NCBI RefSeq assembly: GCF_028641065.1
Contig: NC_073401.1
Span: 22,444,001-22,508,000, forward strand
Source: Leucoraja erinacea
Taxonomy: Eukaryota
DNA: 64,000 nt
Direction of reading: 5' to 3'
The notes under the pieces are model-generated. The model was not told where the DNA came from, did not search any database, and saw only the letters and a program-made list of their open reading frames with translations. The position numbers and the translations under genes are program-made. Below, one piece after another: positions 11,390-24,745 of this stretch. How positions within the stretch are numbered: the stretch's first letter is position 1; every line of letters starts with the position of its first letter.

Positions 11390-14300
11390 TGATTATTGAT
11401 TTGGATGAGGGAATGCAACATCTCCAAGTTTGCGGATGACATGAAGCTGGGGGGCAGTGTTAGCTGTGAGGAGGATGCTAGGAGACTTGGATGGACTGGG
11501 TGAGTGGGCAAATGCATGGCAGATGCAGTATAATGTGGATAAATGTGAGGTTATCCACTTTGGTGGCAAAAACAGGAAAGTAGACTATTATATAAATGGT
11601 GGCCAATTAGGAAAAGGGGAGATGCAACGAGACCTGGGTGTCATGGTACACCAGTCATTGAAAGTAGGCATGCAGGTGCAGCAGGCAGTGAAGAAAGCGA
11701 ATGGTATGTTAGCATTCATAACAAAAGGATTTGAGTATGGGAGCAGGGAGGTTCTACTGCAGGTGAGACCACACCTGGAGTATTGCGTACAGTTTTGGTC
11801 TCCAAATCTGAGGAAAGACATTCTTGCCATAGAGGATGTGCAGAGAAGGTTCACCAGACTGATTCCTGGGATGTCAGGACTTTCATATGAAGAAAAACTG
11901 GATAGACTCGGTTTGTACTCGCTAGAATTTAGGAGATTGAGGGGGGATCTTATAGAAACTTACAAAATTCTTAAGGGGTTGGACAGGCTAGATGCAGGAA
12001 GATTGTTCCCGATGTTGGGGAAGTCCAGGACAAGGGGTCACAGTTTAAGGATAAAGGGGAAATCCTTTAGGACCTAGATGAGAAAAACATTTTTCTCACA
12101 GAAAGTGGTGAATCTCTGGAACTCTCTGCCACAGAAGGTAGTTAAGGCCAGTTCATTGGCTATATTTAAGAGGGGGTTAGATGTGGCCCTTGTAGCTAAA
12201 CTGATCAGGAGGTATGGAACGAAGGCAGGTACAGGATACCGAGTTGGATGATCAGCTATGATCATGATTGAGTAATGAGGAAGGGTTAGTTAGCAATCTT
12301 GTTGTACGTGCCCCCTTGGGCAAGAGTGACCATAATATGGTTGAGTTCTTCATTAGGATGGAGAGTGACATTGTTAATTCAGAAACAATGGTTCTGAATT
12401 TAAACAAAGGTAACTTTGAGGGTATGAGACGTGAATTGGCCAAGATTGACTGGCAATTAATTCTAAAAGGGTTGACGGTGGATATGCAATGGAAGACATT
12501 TAAAGACTGCATGGATGAACTACAGAAATTGTTCATCCCAGTTTGGCAAAAGAAGAAATCAGGGAAGGTAGTACATCCGTGGATAACAAGGGAAATCAGG
12601 GATAGTATCAAAGCGAAGGATGATGCGTACAAATTAGCCAGAAAAATCAGCATACCGGAGGACTGGGAGAAATTCAGAGACCAGCAGAGGAGGACAAAGG
12701 GCTTAATTAGGAAAGGAAAAATAGATTATGAAAGAAAACTGGCAGGGAACATAAAAACTGACTGCAAAAGTTTTTATAGATATGTAGAAAGAAAGAGATT
12801 AGTTAAAACAAATGTAGGTCCCTTGCAGTCAGAAACAGGCGAGTTGATCATGGGGAACAAGGATATGGCGGACCAATTGAATAACTACTTTGGTTCCGTC
12901 TTCACTAAGGAAGACATAAATAATTTGCCGGAAATAGCAGGGGACCGCTGGTCAGAGGAGTTGGAGGAATTGAGTGAAATCCAGGTTAGCCGGGAAGTGG
13001 TGTTGGGTAAATTGAATGGATTAAAGGCCGATAAATCCCCAGGGCCAGATAAGCTGCATCCCAGAGTACTTAAGGAAGTAGCTCCAGAAATAGTGGATGC
13101 ATTAGTAATAATCTTTCAAAACTCTTTAGATTCTGGAGTAGTTCCTGAAGATTGGCGGGTAGCAAACGTAACCCCACTTTTTAAGAAGAGAGGGAGAGAG
13201 AAAATGGGGAATTACAGACCAGTTAGTCTAACATCGGTAGTGGGGAAACTGCTAGAGTCAGTTATTAAAGATGGGATAGCAGCACATTTGGAAAGTGGTG
13301 AAATCATTGGCCAAAGTCAGCATGGATTTACGAAAGGTAAATCATGTCTGACGAATCTTATAGAATTTTTCGAGGATGTAACTAGTAGCGTGGATAGGGG
13401 AGAACCAGTGGATGTGGTGTATCTGGACTTCCAGAAGGCTTTCGACAAGGTCCCACATAAGAGATTAGTATACAAACTTAAAGTACACGGCTTGGGGGTT
13501 CAGTATTGATGTGGATAGAGAACTGGCTGGCAAACAGGAAGCAAAGAGTAGGGAGTAAACGGGTCCTTTTCACAATGGCAGGCAGTGACTAGTGGGGTAC
13601 CGCAAGGCTATCTCAGTGCTGGGACCCCAGCTATTTACAATATATATTAATGATCTGGATGAGGGAATTGAAGGCAATATCTCCAAATTTGCGGATGACA
13701 CTAAGCTGGGGGGGCAGTGTTAGGTGTGAGGAGGATGCTAGGAGACTGCAAGGTGACTTGGATAGGCTGGGTGAGTGGGCAAATGTTTGGCAGATGCAGT
13801 ATAATGTGGATAAATGTGAGGTTATCCATTTTGGTGGCAAAAACAGGAAAGCAGACTATTATCTAAATGGTGGCCGACTAGGAAAGGGGGAGATGCAGCG
13901 AGACCTGGGTGTCATGGTACACAGGCAGGCAGTGAAGAAAGCGAATGGTATGTCAGCTTTCATAGCAAAAGGATTTGTGTATAGGAGCAGGGAGGTTCTA
14001 CTGCAGTTGTACAGGGTATTGGTGAGACCACACCTGGAGTATTGCGTACAGTTTTGGTCTCCAAATCTGAGGAAGGACATTATTGCCATAGAGGGAGTGC
14101 AGAGAAGGTTCACCAGACTGATTCCTGGGATGTCAGGACTGTCTTATGATGAAAGACTGGATAGACTTGGTTTTATACTCTCTAGAATTTAGGAGATTGA
14201 GAGGGGATCTTATAGAAACTTACAAAATTCTTAAAGGGGTTGGACAGGCTAGATGCAGGAAGATTGCTCCCGATGTTGGGGAAGTCCAGGACAAGGGGTC

Positions 14301-14664
14301 ACAGCTTAAGGATAAGGGGGAAATCCTTTAAAGCTGAGATGAGAAGAACTTTTCTCACACAGAGAGTGGTGAATCTCTGGAACGCTCTGCCACAGAGGGT
14401 AATCGAGGCCAGTTCATTGGCTATATTTAAGAGGGAGTTAGATGTGGCCCTTGTGGCTAAGGGGATCAGAGGGTATGGAGAGAGGGCAGGTACGGGATAC
14501 TGAGTTGGATGATCAGCCATGATCATATTGAATGGCGGTGCAGGCTCGAAGGGCCGAATGGCCTACTCCTGCACCTAATTTCTATGTTTCTATGATCATA
14601 TTGAATGGCGGTGCAGGCTCGAAGGGCCAAATGGCCTACTCCTGCACCTATTTTCTATGTTTCT
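11390..14664 (+). mobile_element. 5'-truncated CR1 LINE hosting a nested CR1 in its 3'UTR
   Basis: C-terminal RT region ([16 protein letters not shown]...RPHLEYCVQFWSP...RRLRGDLIETYK); the 3'UTR is split at 12265 and resumes at 14600. Confidence 0.9.
12266..14589 (+). mobile_element. Nested CR1 LINE ORF2 fragment (~2.3 kb, frameshifted RT)
   Basis: ORF 12268-13509 (KSPGPD, NYRPVSLTS, QHGF, YLDFQKAFDKVPH), then GVPQG and FADD in shifted frames; (TTTCTATG)n tail; absent from the paralog at ~56245. Confidence 0.95.
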
Positions 14665-15429
14665 AAGAGAGGCAATAACCAAAGTGTCTGCTGTTTACCA
14701 GCCTTTAAATTCCAGCATGGAAACCTTTTAGTCCTCGCCAACATTTCTGTCAATTGTAGCGAGTTTCAGTCCTCAAATTATTAAATTCCCTTGTATATTG
14801 AATGTATTTTTGCAAGCGGATTGGGATTAAGATGGTTTTGTACAATGGTATGGGGTGTTGTTGAAATGGTACCTGGAGTATTGTTCACAGTTTTGCTCCC
14901 CTTAACGTAAAAGATGGATACAGTAGCAACAGAAATGCCAAATGAAATCCACGATGCCATTTCCTGAGATTAACAGGTTGTCCTACTGAGGATAGTCCTA
15001 TCAAATGGAGCTAAACAGATTGTGTCTATATTTTCTAGAGCTTAGAACTAAGATGACCCTACAGAGAAATAGAAGATTTTGAGCAGGCATGACAGGGTAG
15101 ATGTTAAGATGTTCCTACTAGTAGGAGAGTCTTGAACAAGGAGGCATGTTACAAAATAATACATCAGTCATATAAAACAGAGGAGCATGACATTTTATTT
15201 TTCAATGGATGGTGAAGACCTGGAAGTATTTACATCGTTTCCAGTCTTCTAAGTTAAGAATATTTTTTACTTTTTTCCATTCACCATCATTTAGTGTTAC
15301 GATATATCCCAAATTTTATATCATGATGGGTGTATATTTGGAATGTCAGTTATTTTCACAATGAGAAGTATTGATCATACCCAAAACCTAACATCTTACA
15401 GTATATACAGCTCATATATATATATATTA

Positions 15430-16245
15430 GCATATAATCCTCCAACATTTTCGCCACCTTCAATGGGATCCCACTACTAGCCACATCTTACCATCTCCAC
15501 ACCTTTCTGCTTTCTGCAGAGACCGTTCCCCCCAAAGCTCCCATGTCAACTCGGCCCTTCCCACCCAAAACCACCCCTTCCCCAGGTACTTTCCACTGCA
15601 ACCACAGGAGATGCACACACCTTTCCCTTTACCCCCCCCCCCCCCCCCCCCCCCCCCCCCGACTCTATCCAAGAACCCAAACAATCTTTCCAGGTGAGGC
15701 AGAGGTTCACTTGCACCTCATCTACTGTATCCGCTGTTCCAGTTGACAACTTCTCTACATCGACAAAACCAAGTGCAGGCTCGGCGATCGTTTAGCTGAA
15801 CACCTCCGCTCAGTCCGTCTTAACCTACCTGATCTCCCAGTGGCTCAGCACTTCAACTCCCCCTCCCATTCCAAATCTGACCTTTCTGTCCTGGGCCTCC
15901 TCAACTGTCAGAGTGAGGCCCAGTGCAACTTGGAGGAGCAGCGCCTCATATTTTGCTTGGGTAGTGTACACCCGTGGTATGAACATTGACTTCTCTAACT
16001 TCAGCCCGCTCTTGCTTTCCCTCTCTAACCCCTCCCCCCCCCCCTTCCCAGTTCTCCCACTAGTCTTAATGTCACCGACTACATTCTTTGTCCTGCCCCC
16101 TCCCCTGACATCAGTCTGAAGAAGGGTCTCGACCCGAAACATCACCCATTCCTTCTCTCCAGAGATACTGCCCGTCACACTGAGTTACTCCGGCATTTTG
16201 TGTCTACCTTCAATTTAAACCAGCATCTGCAGTTCTTTCCTATAT
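15430..16245 (+). mobile_element. Penelope-like element remnant (GIY-YIG endonuclease region + terminal repeat)
   Basis: Broken frame YCIRCS..LLYIDKTKCRLGDRLAEHLRSV..LPVAQHFNSPSH resembles the PLE GIY-YIG domain; followed by the CTGAAGAAGGGTCTCGACCCGAAAC terminal repeat. Confidence 0.8.
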
Positions 16246-17959
16246 GCTTTTTCTTTTCAGGCCCAACATTTAAATTATATCATAGAGTGATTATTGTTAT
16301 TTACCACTATATAAAGGGAACAATTACCTAAATCTCACAAATCATTCATGGTCTGTCCTCTAGAAAAGGCTGCTTCAGAAAGCTGCCTTAAATGTGCACA
16401 AATGTATTACCTTCCTCGCAAAGTATTCTGTTTTCCTGCTATATGTAAAATCAAAGTCTCCTTTTAAAAGTTTTATTTTTGCTGCTAGTCACAAAAATCT
16501 GGAATAACTCAGTGGGTTATGCAGCATTTGCTGAATAATGGAATAGGTGTTGCTTCGGGTCAAGACCCTTCTTCAGACTGAGCGTCAGGGGAGGGAGAAA
16601 CAAGAGATATGAAAAGGTACATGGAAAAAGTATATGAAAGTTCTGCAAATGGACAAATCAAAGCCAGCAAAGATGATCAAGGATAAATGGAGCACTTTGC
16701 GCCATCCTTATACCAATCTCCGACTATATATATTCCACAACATCACTGCCTTTGGGAGGCAGGTCGACAAGTCCTTTTCCAGTTTGTATCACATGTTCAA
16801 TTTTATCCCTATGGCTGCAATACTTTTGATTACTTACATTTTTCCTTATTAATACTCAACAACATCAGGCCACTCATCCTCCTGGTGCAGTTCCCCAATC
16901 TGATAAACTTGAATATTATCTCCCAAATATGACCATGTTATAACTTTCTCAGTAATAGCTTCAACATTACATTATTTAACCTGCATTGGAGCTTCTAATT
17001 CACTCTATTTATTTATAACACTTCATGCATAATTACATAAATGTATTATCTGGGAAATAAAGTTTAACATTTACTGCTTCCCTGACATCACCTGACATCT
17101 TACAGCATGAACAAACTTTTATTTCTTGTTCTTACTGCAAAATTTTCCTTCACTTCATCCACATGATTTATTGCCAGTTTCAACCTGAACTAAGTTTCGA
17201 TCTTTAAAGTTGAAAAGTATGCAAATAATCACCAGCAATCTTGATATCTCTGCAATGATTAAATTACTTTCTGCTTTTGGAGACACATCTGGCTAAACAA
17301 TAACATCACAGCGACGACTCGTGTCTATATTGTGCCTATCATGCAATAAAATATCCAGTTATGCTTCAGTGGAGTGTTAGCAGACAAACAATGACACCAA
17401 GCCTCCCAGAGGGACCATTAGAACAAGCAGGCAGAACTGGTTACAATGATAGCTTTAAAATATCAAATCAGCCTTTCCAGCTAGGCCCAACAAGGCGACT
17501 CCGGATTGTCAAAGCTGTCACAGCCAGACATAAAAACATATTATATGCACAAGTGGTTGTTCTATTCAACAGCCAAAAATCTGTAGCCTCCCTTTGATCT
17601 AGTATTTTGTTGGTTCACATGCTTAATCAATGGTGTTTTATCATTAATGTTTTATTATTATGAATGTTCAGTGTTTTCTGAGTCATACGTAACTGTCACT
17701 GTATGTCATGTTGTTGCTTGTGGGAGGAGCACCAAGGCAAATTCCTTGTTTGTGAATATTGGGCCAATAAACTTACTTACTTACTTAGATCCCTGAATAT
17801 GACATGATTCCTTTGTAACTAGTGTAATCCATTTTTAACTTGATTAATACCAAACATTGTGCCAATGCATGAAGCATTTCCATTCCAACAAGTAGTGGTT
17901 CACTGTTTTGCTTCTAATTGTGTGTACTGTATTCATTGGCCTGCTCTAGACTGTCCTTG

Positions 17960-18602
17960 TGAGACGGGTTCATGTGCACTTTATCTACTGTATCCGGTGG
18001 CCTCCTTTATATCGGCAAGACCAAGTGTAGGCTCGGCAACCATTTCGCCAACACTTATGCTAGGCTGGATGTATCAGTTGCTAATGATTTTAACCCCTCG
18101 TCCCATTTCTATACTAACCTTTCTGTCCTGGGCTTCCTTCTTTGCCAGAGTGAGATCACTCACAAAATGGAGGAAAAGCATCTCATATTCCATTCTGGAA
18201 GTTTACAACCCAGGCGGTATTAACATTGCATTTGGTAATTTTGAGTAACTACGTAACCGCTCCTCTCCCTTCTTCCCTGCCCTTCCTATCCCCCACCCCA
18301 CTATCCACCTATTTATCCATCTACATTACATCCTCTGGCTTCACAATTCAGAGCTCTTTAATCCTTTTGTCTCATATATTCTGTCTTTTCATATCTGGCC
18401 CTTGTCCAACTATACACCTATCAAAACCCCTCTTTACCTGTATCAACCCATTACCTGCCAGACTTTGTCCTGCCCCTCCTCTTCCCAGATTTCTTCCCGC
18501 CATCCCCCTCCCCCCACCCCAGAATCAGTCTAATGAAGGGTTCCGACCCAAAATCACACCAATTCATGTTCTCCAGATATATTGCCTGACCCACTGAGTT
18601 AC
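17960..18602 (+). mobile_element. Penelope-like remnant (paralog ~60160-60815)
   Basis: GLLYIGKTKCRLGNHFA...VANDFN..SH...EEKHLIF in ORF 17972-18223; decayed terminal repeat. Confidence 0.75.
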
Positions 18603-19334
18603 ACCCGAAGTGGGCAGCCATGTTAAAATTATTATTTTTAAATCCATTTCCATATCAAGTTAGAGAGATAATACAACAGGTTGCTAACACTCACCTCATT
18701 CATGAAGAAAGTGGGAAGCCGATCTGGATAGCGGAATTTTTTTTTTTGGTTATATAGAAACATAGAAATTAGGTGCCGGAGTAGGCCATTCGGCCCTTTG
18801 AGCCAGCACTGCCAATCAATATGATCATGGCTAATCATTCAAAATCCGTACCCTCGTTCCTGCTTTCTCCCCATATCCCTTGATTCCAATAGCTTTGACA
18901 TTATCCTTCGTAAGGTTGACATTTTGGAAACTTAGTAAGGAGGCAAGATGATTTGGTTGGTAGAATAGGGATATCCAAAGCTTGGGATTATTGGGACAAA
19001 GCTTCAGTTTTGTATCTATTCAGTTATTATTCTTGCGTCAGTATTTGATGTCTTGAAGGTAGTGCATATACACATTCCTTCATTCTATTCCCTTCCTGAA
19101 TGTTATGAGGACACACAAAAACATGACACATTGGATAGTAAATGTCAAAACATTAGGCATCTATCTAAAGATGATAGATTGCATTTTAAAGTAATCTATG
19201 TTTAATCTTGATATGGCAAAATGAGGAATTGAAAGTCACATCAGTTAGCACATCAGAAAGCCAACTGAGCAATTACTGCCATCTGGTGCCAGATCCTAGC
19301 AGTCATACCACTTTCGGTGGCTTGCTAAAAAATA

Positions 19335-19940
19335 ACAGAGTAGGAGTAAACGGGTCCTTTTCACAATGGCAGGCAGTGACTAATGGGGTACCGCAAGGCT
19401 CAGTGCTGGGACCCCAGCTATTTTTTACAATATATACAATGCCGTAGAGGGAGCACAGAGTAGGTTCACCAGACTGATTCCTGGGATGTCAGGACTTTCA
19501 TATGAAGAAAGACAGGATAGAATCGGCTTGTACGTGCTAGAATTTAGAAGATTGAGGGGGGATCTTATAGAAACATACAAAATTCTTAAGGGGCTGGACA
19601 GGCTAGATGCCGGAAGATTGTTCCCGATGTTGGGGAAGTCCACAACAAGGGGTCACAGTTTAAGGATAAGGGAGAAATCTTTTAGGACCGAGATGAGAAA
19701 AACATTTTTCACACAGTGGTGAATCTCTGGAATTCTCTGCCACAGAAGGTAGTGGAGGCCAATTCATTGGCTATATTTAAGAGGGAGTTAGATGTGGCCC
19801 TTGTGGCTAAAGGGGTCAGGGGGTATGGAGAGAAGGCATTGGATACTGAGTTGGATGATCAGCCATGATCGTACTGAGTGGCGGTGCAGGCTCGAAGGGC
19901 CGAATGACCTACTCCTGCACCTATTTTCTATGTTTCTATG
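19335..19940 (+). mobile_element. CR1 3' fragment with internal deletion
   Basis: [11 protein letters not shown] joined directly to the distal RT end; TTTCTATG tail. Confidence 0.88.
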
Positions 19941-20375
19941 TAACACCCATCAACTTTTCTTGATGGTTTGTGCATTACCTACTTTTACAAACCAGCCATG
20001 GTGCAAATTTGTGATGCACCATGATGCAAATAAAAATAAGAAAATACTAAGTATTTCAGTTCCAAAGCAAATGAAATGGGCCATTTTAATCTTTGGCCCA
20101 TTCCAATTCTTTATCAGAAAGATAAAGGATAAAGGTCTCACATCTGAAACGTTTAACTCTGTTTCTCTTCCTATGGTGGTGGCCTGACCTGCCAGAGTAT
20201 TTACAGATTAAAAATTATTTTAGAGTTCGGCCATCTGAAGTTTTTCAACATTTTCAGCAAAGTTAACATTCCGTTGTTGATATTCACCAGCACGTTGTCA
20301 CTCCGAAATAATGTAAAGTTTATTTGAATGATCCTGCTGCCACTGGATTTACTGGCAGCCTCCACACCACACCTT

Positions 20376-20475
20376 NNNNNNNNNNNNNNNNNNNNNNNNN
20401 NNNNNNNNNNNNNNNNNNNNNNNNNNNNNNNNNNNNNNNNNNNNNNNNNNNNNNNNNNNNNNNNNNNNNNNNNNN
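20376..20475. other. Assembly gap (100 N)
   Basis: Exactly 100 N, the usual placeholder for a gap of unknown size. Confidence 0.99.
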
Positions 20476-21175
20476 TCCGCCCTTGCCCCCTTCCCCCTAT
20501 CGCAACTATACCAGAGTTCTCCTTGTCCTTACCTTTTACCCCATCAGCCATAATCTTCCAACATTGTCGGCACCTCCAATGGTGGATCCCACCATAGTCC
20601 CCATCTTCCCCTCTCCCCCCTTTCCGCCTTCCCACAGAGACCCTCTGCAACTCCCTGGTAACTCATCCCCTTCCCATCCAAATCACCCACTCCCCAGGTA
20701 CCTTCACCTGCAACCGCAGGAGATACCACACCCGTTCCGTAATCTCCTCCCTCGTCTCCGTCCAGGACCACGATGGGGTCGTTTCATGTTCGTGCAAAGT
20801 TTCTCTACCACCTCCACCTCATCTACTGTATCCTTGTTCAAGATGCGACACTTATACATCGGCGACAACCAAAAGTAGACTGGCTATCATTTCGCTAAAC
20901 ACCTTCGCTCAGTCTGCCTGAACATACCTAATCTTTAATTTTTCCTCCCCATTCCCACACTGATCTTTTTGACCTAGGGTCTCCTCCATTGCCAGAGTGA
21001 GGCTAAATGCAAATTGGAGGAACAGCGTCTCATATTCGCTTGGGCACCCTACAGCCCAGTGGAATGACTGTTGATGTATCTACATCAAGTAATCCTGGCA
21101 TGCCCTCTCTCTCTATCCCTCCCCCACCCAAGTCGCACCAACTTCTCGTCTTCACCCCAATGATCAGCTAACAAC
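20476..21175 (+). mobile_element. Penelope-like remnant
   Basis: cgcaactataccagagttctccttgtccttacc..., LYIGD motif, homologous to 15430-16040. Confidence 0.7.
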
Positions 21176-21179
21176 GGGG

Positions 21180-24100
21180 TTAAGAGGGAGAGACTATTGT
21201 AAGGGGAATAGATAGGCGTTTCTGCGGCCCGCAAACGAGACTCCAGGATGATATGTTGCCTCCCTGGTGCAAGGGTCTGGGATGTCACTGAACGGCTTCA
21301 GAACATTCTGGAGGGGAGGGTGAACAGCCAGTTGTCGTGGTGCACATTGGCAACAACGAGTATAGGTAAAAAAAAGGTATGAGTGACAAGGTGAATTTAG
21401 GGAGCTATGAGATAAACTTAAAAGTAGGACCTCACAGGTAATAATCTCTGGATTACTACTAGTGCCACGGGCTAGTCAGAGTAGAAATAAAGGATATTGC
21501 AGATGAATTCGTGGCTTCAAAATGTGCAAGAGGGAGGGATTCAAATTTCTAGGGCATTGGAACCAGTTCTGGGGGAGGTGGGACCAGTAGAAACAGGACG
21601 GTCTGCACCTGGGCTGAATGGAACCAATGTCCTAATGGAAGTGTTTGCTAGTGCTGTCGGGGAGGAGATATAAACTAATGCGGCGGGGTATGGGTGCAAG
21701 AGCAGAGAGACAGAGGGGTGTAAAATGAGGGTAGAAGCAATAGGTAGTCAATGTGAAAAATAAAAGTGGCGGGCAGACAAATCCAGGGCAAAATCAAAAA
21801 GAGCCACATTTCAACATAATTGTATAGGAGGTAAGAGTGTTGTAAAAATAAGCCTGAAGGCTTTGTGTCTCAATGCAAGTCGCATTCAAAATAAGATGGA
21901 TGAGTTGAATGTGCAGATAGTTATTAATGAATATGATATAGTTGGGATCACGGAGACATGGCTCCAGGTTGACCAAGGCTGGGAGCTGAACATCCAGGGA
22001 TATTCAATATTCAGTAGGGATAGACAGAAAGGAAAAGGAGGCGGGGTAGAGTTGTTGGTAAGAGCGGAGATCAACGCAGTAGAAACGAAAGACATTAGTT
22101 TAGAGGAAGTGGTAATTGCTATGGGTAGAGCTGCAAAACACTAAGGGGCAGAAAACGCTAGTGGGAGTTGTGTACAGGCCACCTAACAGTAGTAGTGGAG
22201 TTGGGAGATGGCATCAAACAGGAAATTAGAAATGCGTGCGACAAAGGTAAAACAGTTATAATGGGTGACTTCAATCTACATAAATTGGGTGAATCAAATT
22301 GGCAGGGGTGCTGAGGAAGAGGATTTCTTGGAATGTATGTGGGATAGTTTTCAAAACCAACATGTAGAGGAATCAACGAGAAAGCAGGCTATTTTAGACT
22401 GGGTATTGAGTAATGAGGAAGGTTTAGTTAGCAGTCTTGTTGTGCGTGGCCCCTTGGGAAAGAGTGGCCATAATATGGTTGAGTTCTTCATTAGGATGGA
22501 GAGTGACATTGTTAATTCAGAAACCAGGGTCCTGAACTTAACGGAATGTACTTTGAGGGTATGAGACATGAATTGGCCAAGATTGACTAGAAATTGATTC
22601 TTAAAGGTTGACGGTGGATATGCAATGGAAGGCATTTAAAGTCTGCATGGATGAACTACAACAATTGTTCATCCCAGTTTGGCAAAAGAATAAATCGGGG
22701 AAGGTAGTGCATCCGTGGATAACAAGGGAAATCAGGGATAGTATCAAAACAAAAGGATGACGCGCAAAATTAGCCAGAAAAGGCAGCCTACCAAGGACTG
22801 GGATAGAAATTCAGAGTCCAGCAGAGGAGGACAAACGGCTTAATTAGGAAAGGGAAAATCGATTATGAAAGAAAACTGGCAGGGAACATAAAAACTGACT
22901 GCAAAAGTTTTTATAGATATGTGAAAAGAAAGAGATTAGTTAAAACAAATGTAGGTCCCTTGCAGTCAGAAACAGGCGAATTGATCATGGGGAACAAGGA
23001 CATGGCGGACCAATTGAATAAATACTTTGGTTCCGTCTTCACTAAGGAATACATAAATAATCTGCCGGAAATAGCAGGGGACCGGGGGTCAAATGAGATG
23101 GAGGAACTGAGTGAAATCCAATGCATTAAAGGCCGATAAATCCTCAGGGCCAGATAGGTTGCATCCCAGAGTACTTAAGGAAGTAGCCACAGAAATAGTG
23201 GATGCATTAGTGATAATTTTTCAAAACTCTTTAGATTCTGGAGTAGTTCCTGAGGACTGGAGGGTAGCTAATGTAACCCCACTTTTTAAAAAGGGAGGGA
23301 GAGAGAAAACGGGGAATTGCAGACCATTAGTCTATTACCGGTGGTGGGGAAATTCTGGAGTCCCAGTTTATTAAAGATGGGATAGCAGCACATTTTGGAA
23401 AGTGGTGAATTCATTGGACAAAGTCAACATGGATTTATTAAAGGTAAATCATGTCTGACGAATCTTATAGAATTTTTCTAGGATGTAACTAGTAGAGTGG
23501 ATAAGGGAGAACCAGTTGATGTGTTATATCTGGACTTTCAGAAGGCTTTCGACCAGGTCCCACATAAGAGATTAGTATACAAACTTAAAGCACACGGTAT
23601 TGGGGTTCAGTATTGATGTGATAGAGAACTGGCTGGCAGGCAGGAAGCAAAGAGTAGGAGTAAACGGGTCATTTTCACAATGGCAGGCAGTGACTAGTGG
23701 GGTACCCCAAGGCTCAGTACTGGGACCCCAGCTATTTACAATATATATTAATGATCTGGATGAGGGAATTGAATGCAACATCTCCAGGTTTGCAGATGAC
23801 ACGAAGCTGGGGGGCAGTGTTAGCTGTGAGGAGATGCTAGGAGGCTGCAAGGTGACTTGGATAGGTTGGGTGAGTGGGCAAATGCATGGCAGATGCAGTA
23901 TATGTGGATAAATGTGAGGTTATCCACTTTGGTGGCAAAAGGAAAGTAGACTATTACTGAATGGTGGCCGATTAGGAAAAGAGAAGATGCACACGAGACC
24001 TGGGGTGTCATGGTACACCAGTCATTGAAAGTAGCATGCGGTGCAGCAGGCAGTGAGAGAAAGCAAATGGTATGTTAGCATTCATAGCAAAATAATTTGA

Positions 24101-24745
24101 GTATAGGAGCAGGGAGGTTCTACTGCAGTTGTACAGGGCCTTGGTGAGACCACACCTGGAGTATTGCGTACAGTTTCGGGGTCTTAATCTGAGGAAATAC
24201 ATTATTGCCATAGAGGGAGTACAGAGAAGGTTCACCAGACTGATTCCTGGGATGGCAGGACTTTCATATGAAGAAAGACTGGATAGACTCGGCTTGTACT
24301 CGCTAGAATTTAGAAGATTGAGGGGGATCTTATAGAAACGTACAAAATTCTTAAGGGGTTGGACAGGCTAGATGCAGGAAGATTGCTCCGATGTTGGGGA
24401 AGTCCAGAACAAGGGGTCACAGTTTTAAGGATAAGGGGGAAATCTTTTAGGACCGAGATGAGAAAAACATTTTTTTCCCCACACAGATAGTGGTGAATCT
24501 GTGGAATATTCTGCCACAGAAGGTAGTTGAGGGCCAGTTCATTGGGCATATTTAAGAGGGAGTTGGATGTGGCCCTTGTGGCTAAAGGGTATCAGAGGTG
24601 TATGGAGACAAGGCAGGTCGGGGGGGGGGGGGGATTTGCGTTGGATGATTCGGCCCCTGATCATATTGAATGGTGATGCAGGCTCGAAGGGGGCCGAATG
24701 GCCTACTCCTGCACCTCTTTTCGATGTGTCTATTGTTTCTATCCT
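21180..24745 (+). mobile_element. Near full-length degraded CR1 LINE (ORF1 esterase remnant + ORF2 APE/RT)
   Basis: ORF1-like DSRMICCLPGARV...VVHIGNN near 21240-21360; APE motifs CLNA..IQNK and YDIVGITETWL; RT motifs [10 protein letters not shown] and FADD; many frameshifts. Confidence 0.9.

Larger units (their letters stand above)
4938..19940 (+). repeat. Segmental duplicate of ~49757-63280 with copy-specific indels
   Basis: Collinear matches: 4938/49757, 8021/52152, 15121/57347, 18615/61509; many paired ORFs. Confidence 0.95.

Noticed and set aside
12268-13509. Longest ORF (413 aa) as a host or novel RT gene
   Set aside because: Plain CR1 ORF2 fragment, 5'-truncated and frameshifted before the catalytic FADD motif.
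20201-20878. ORFs spanning the N run
   Set aside because: Artefacts of translating through the assembly gap.
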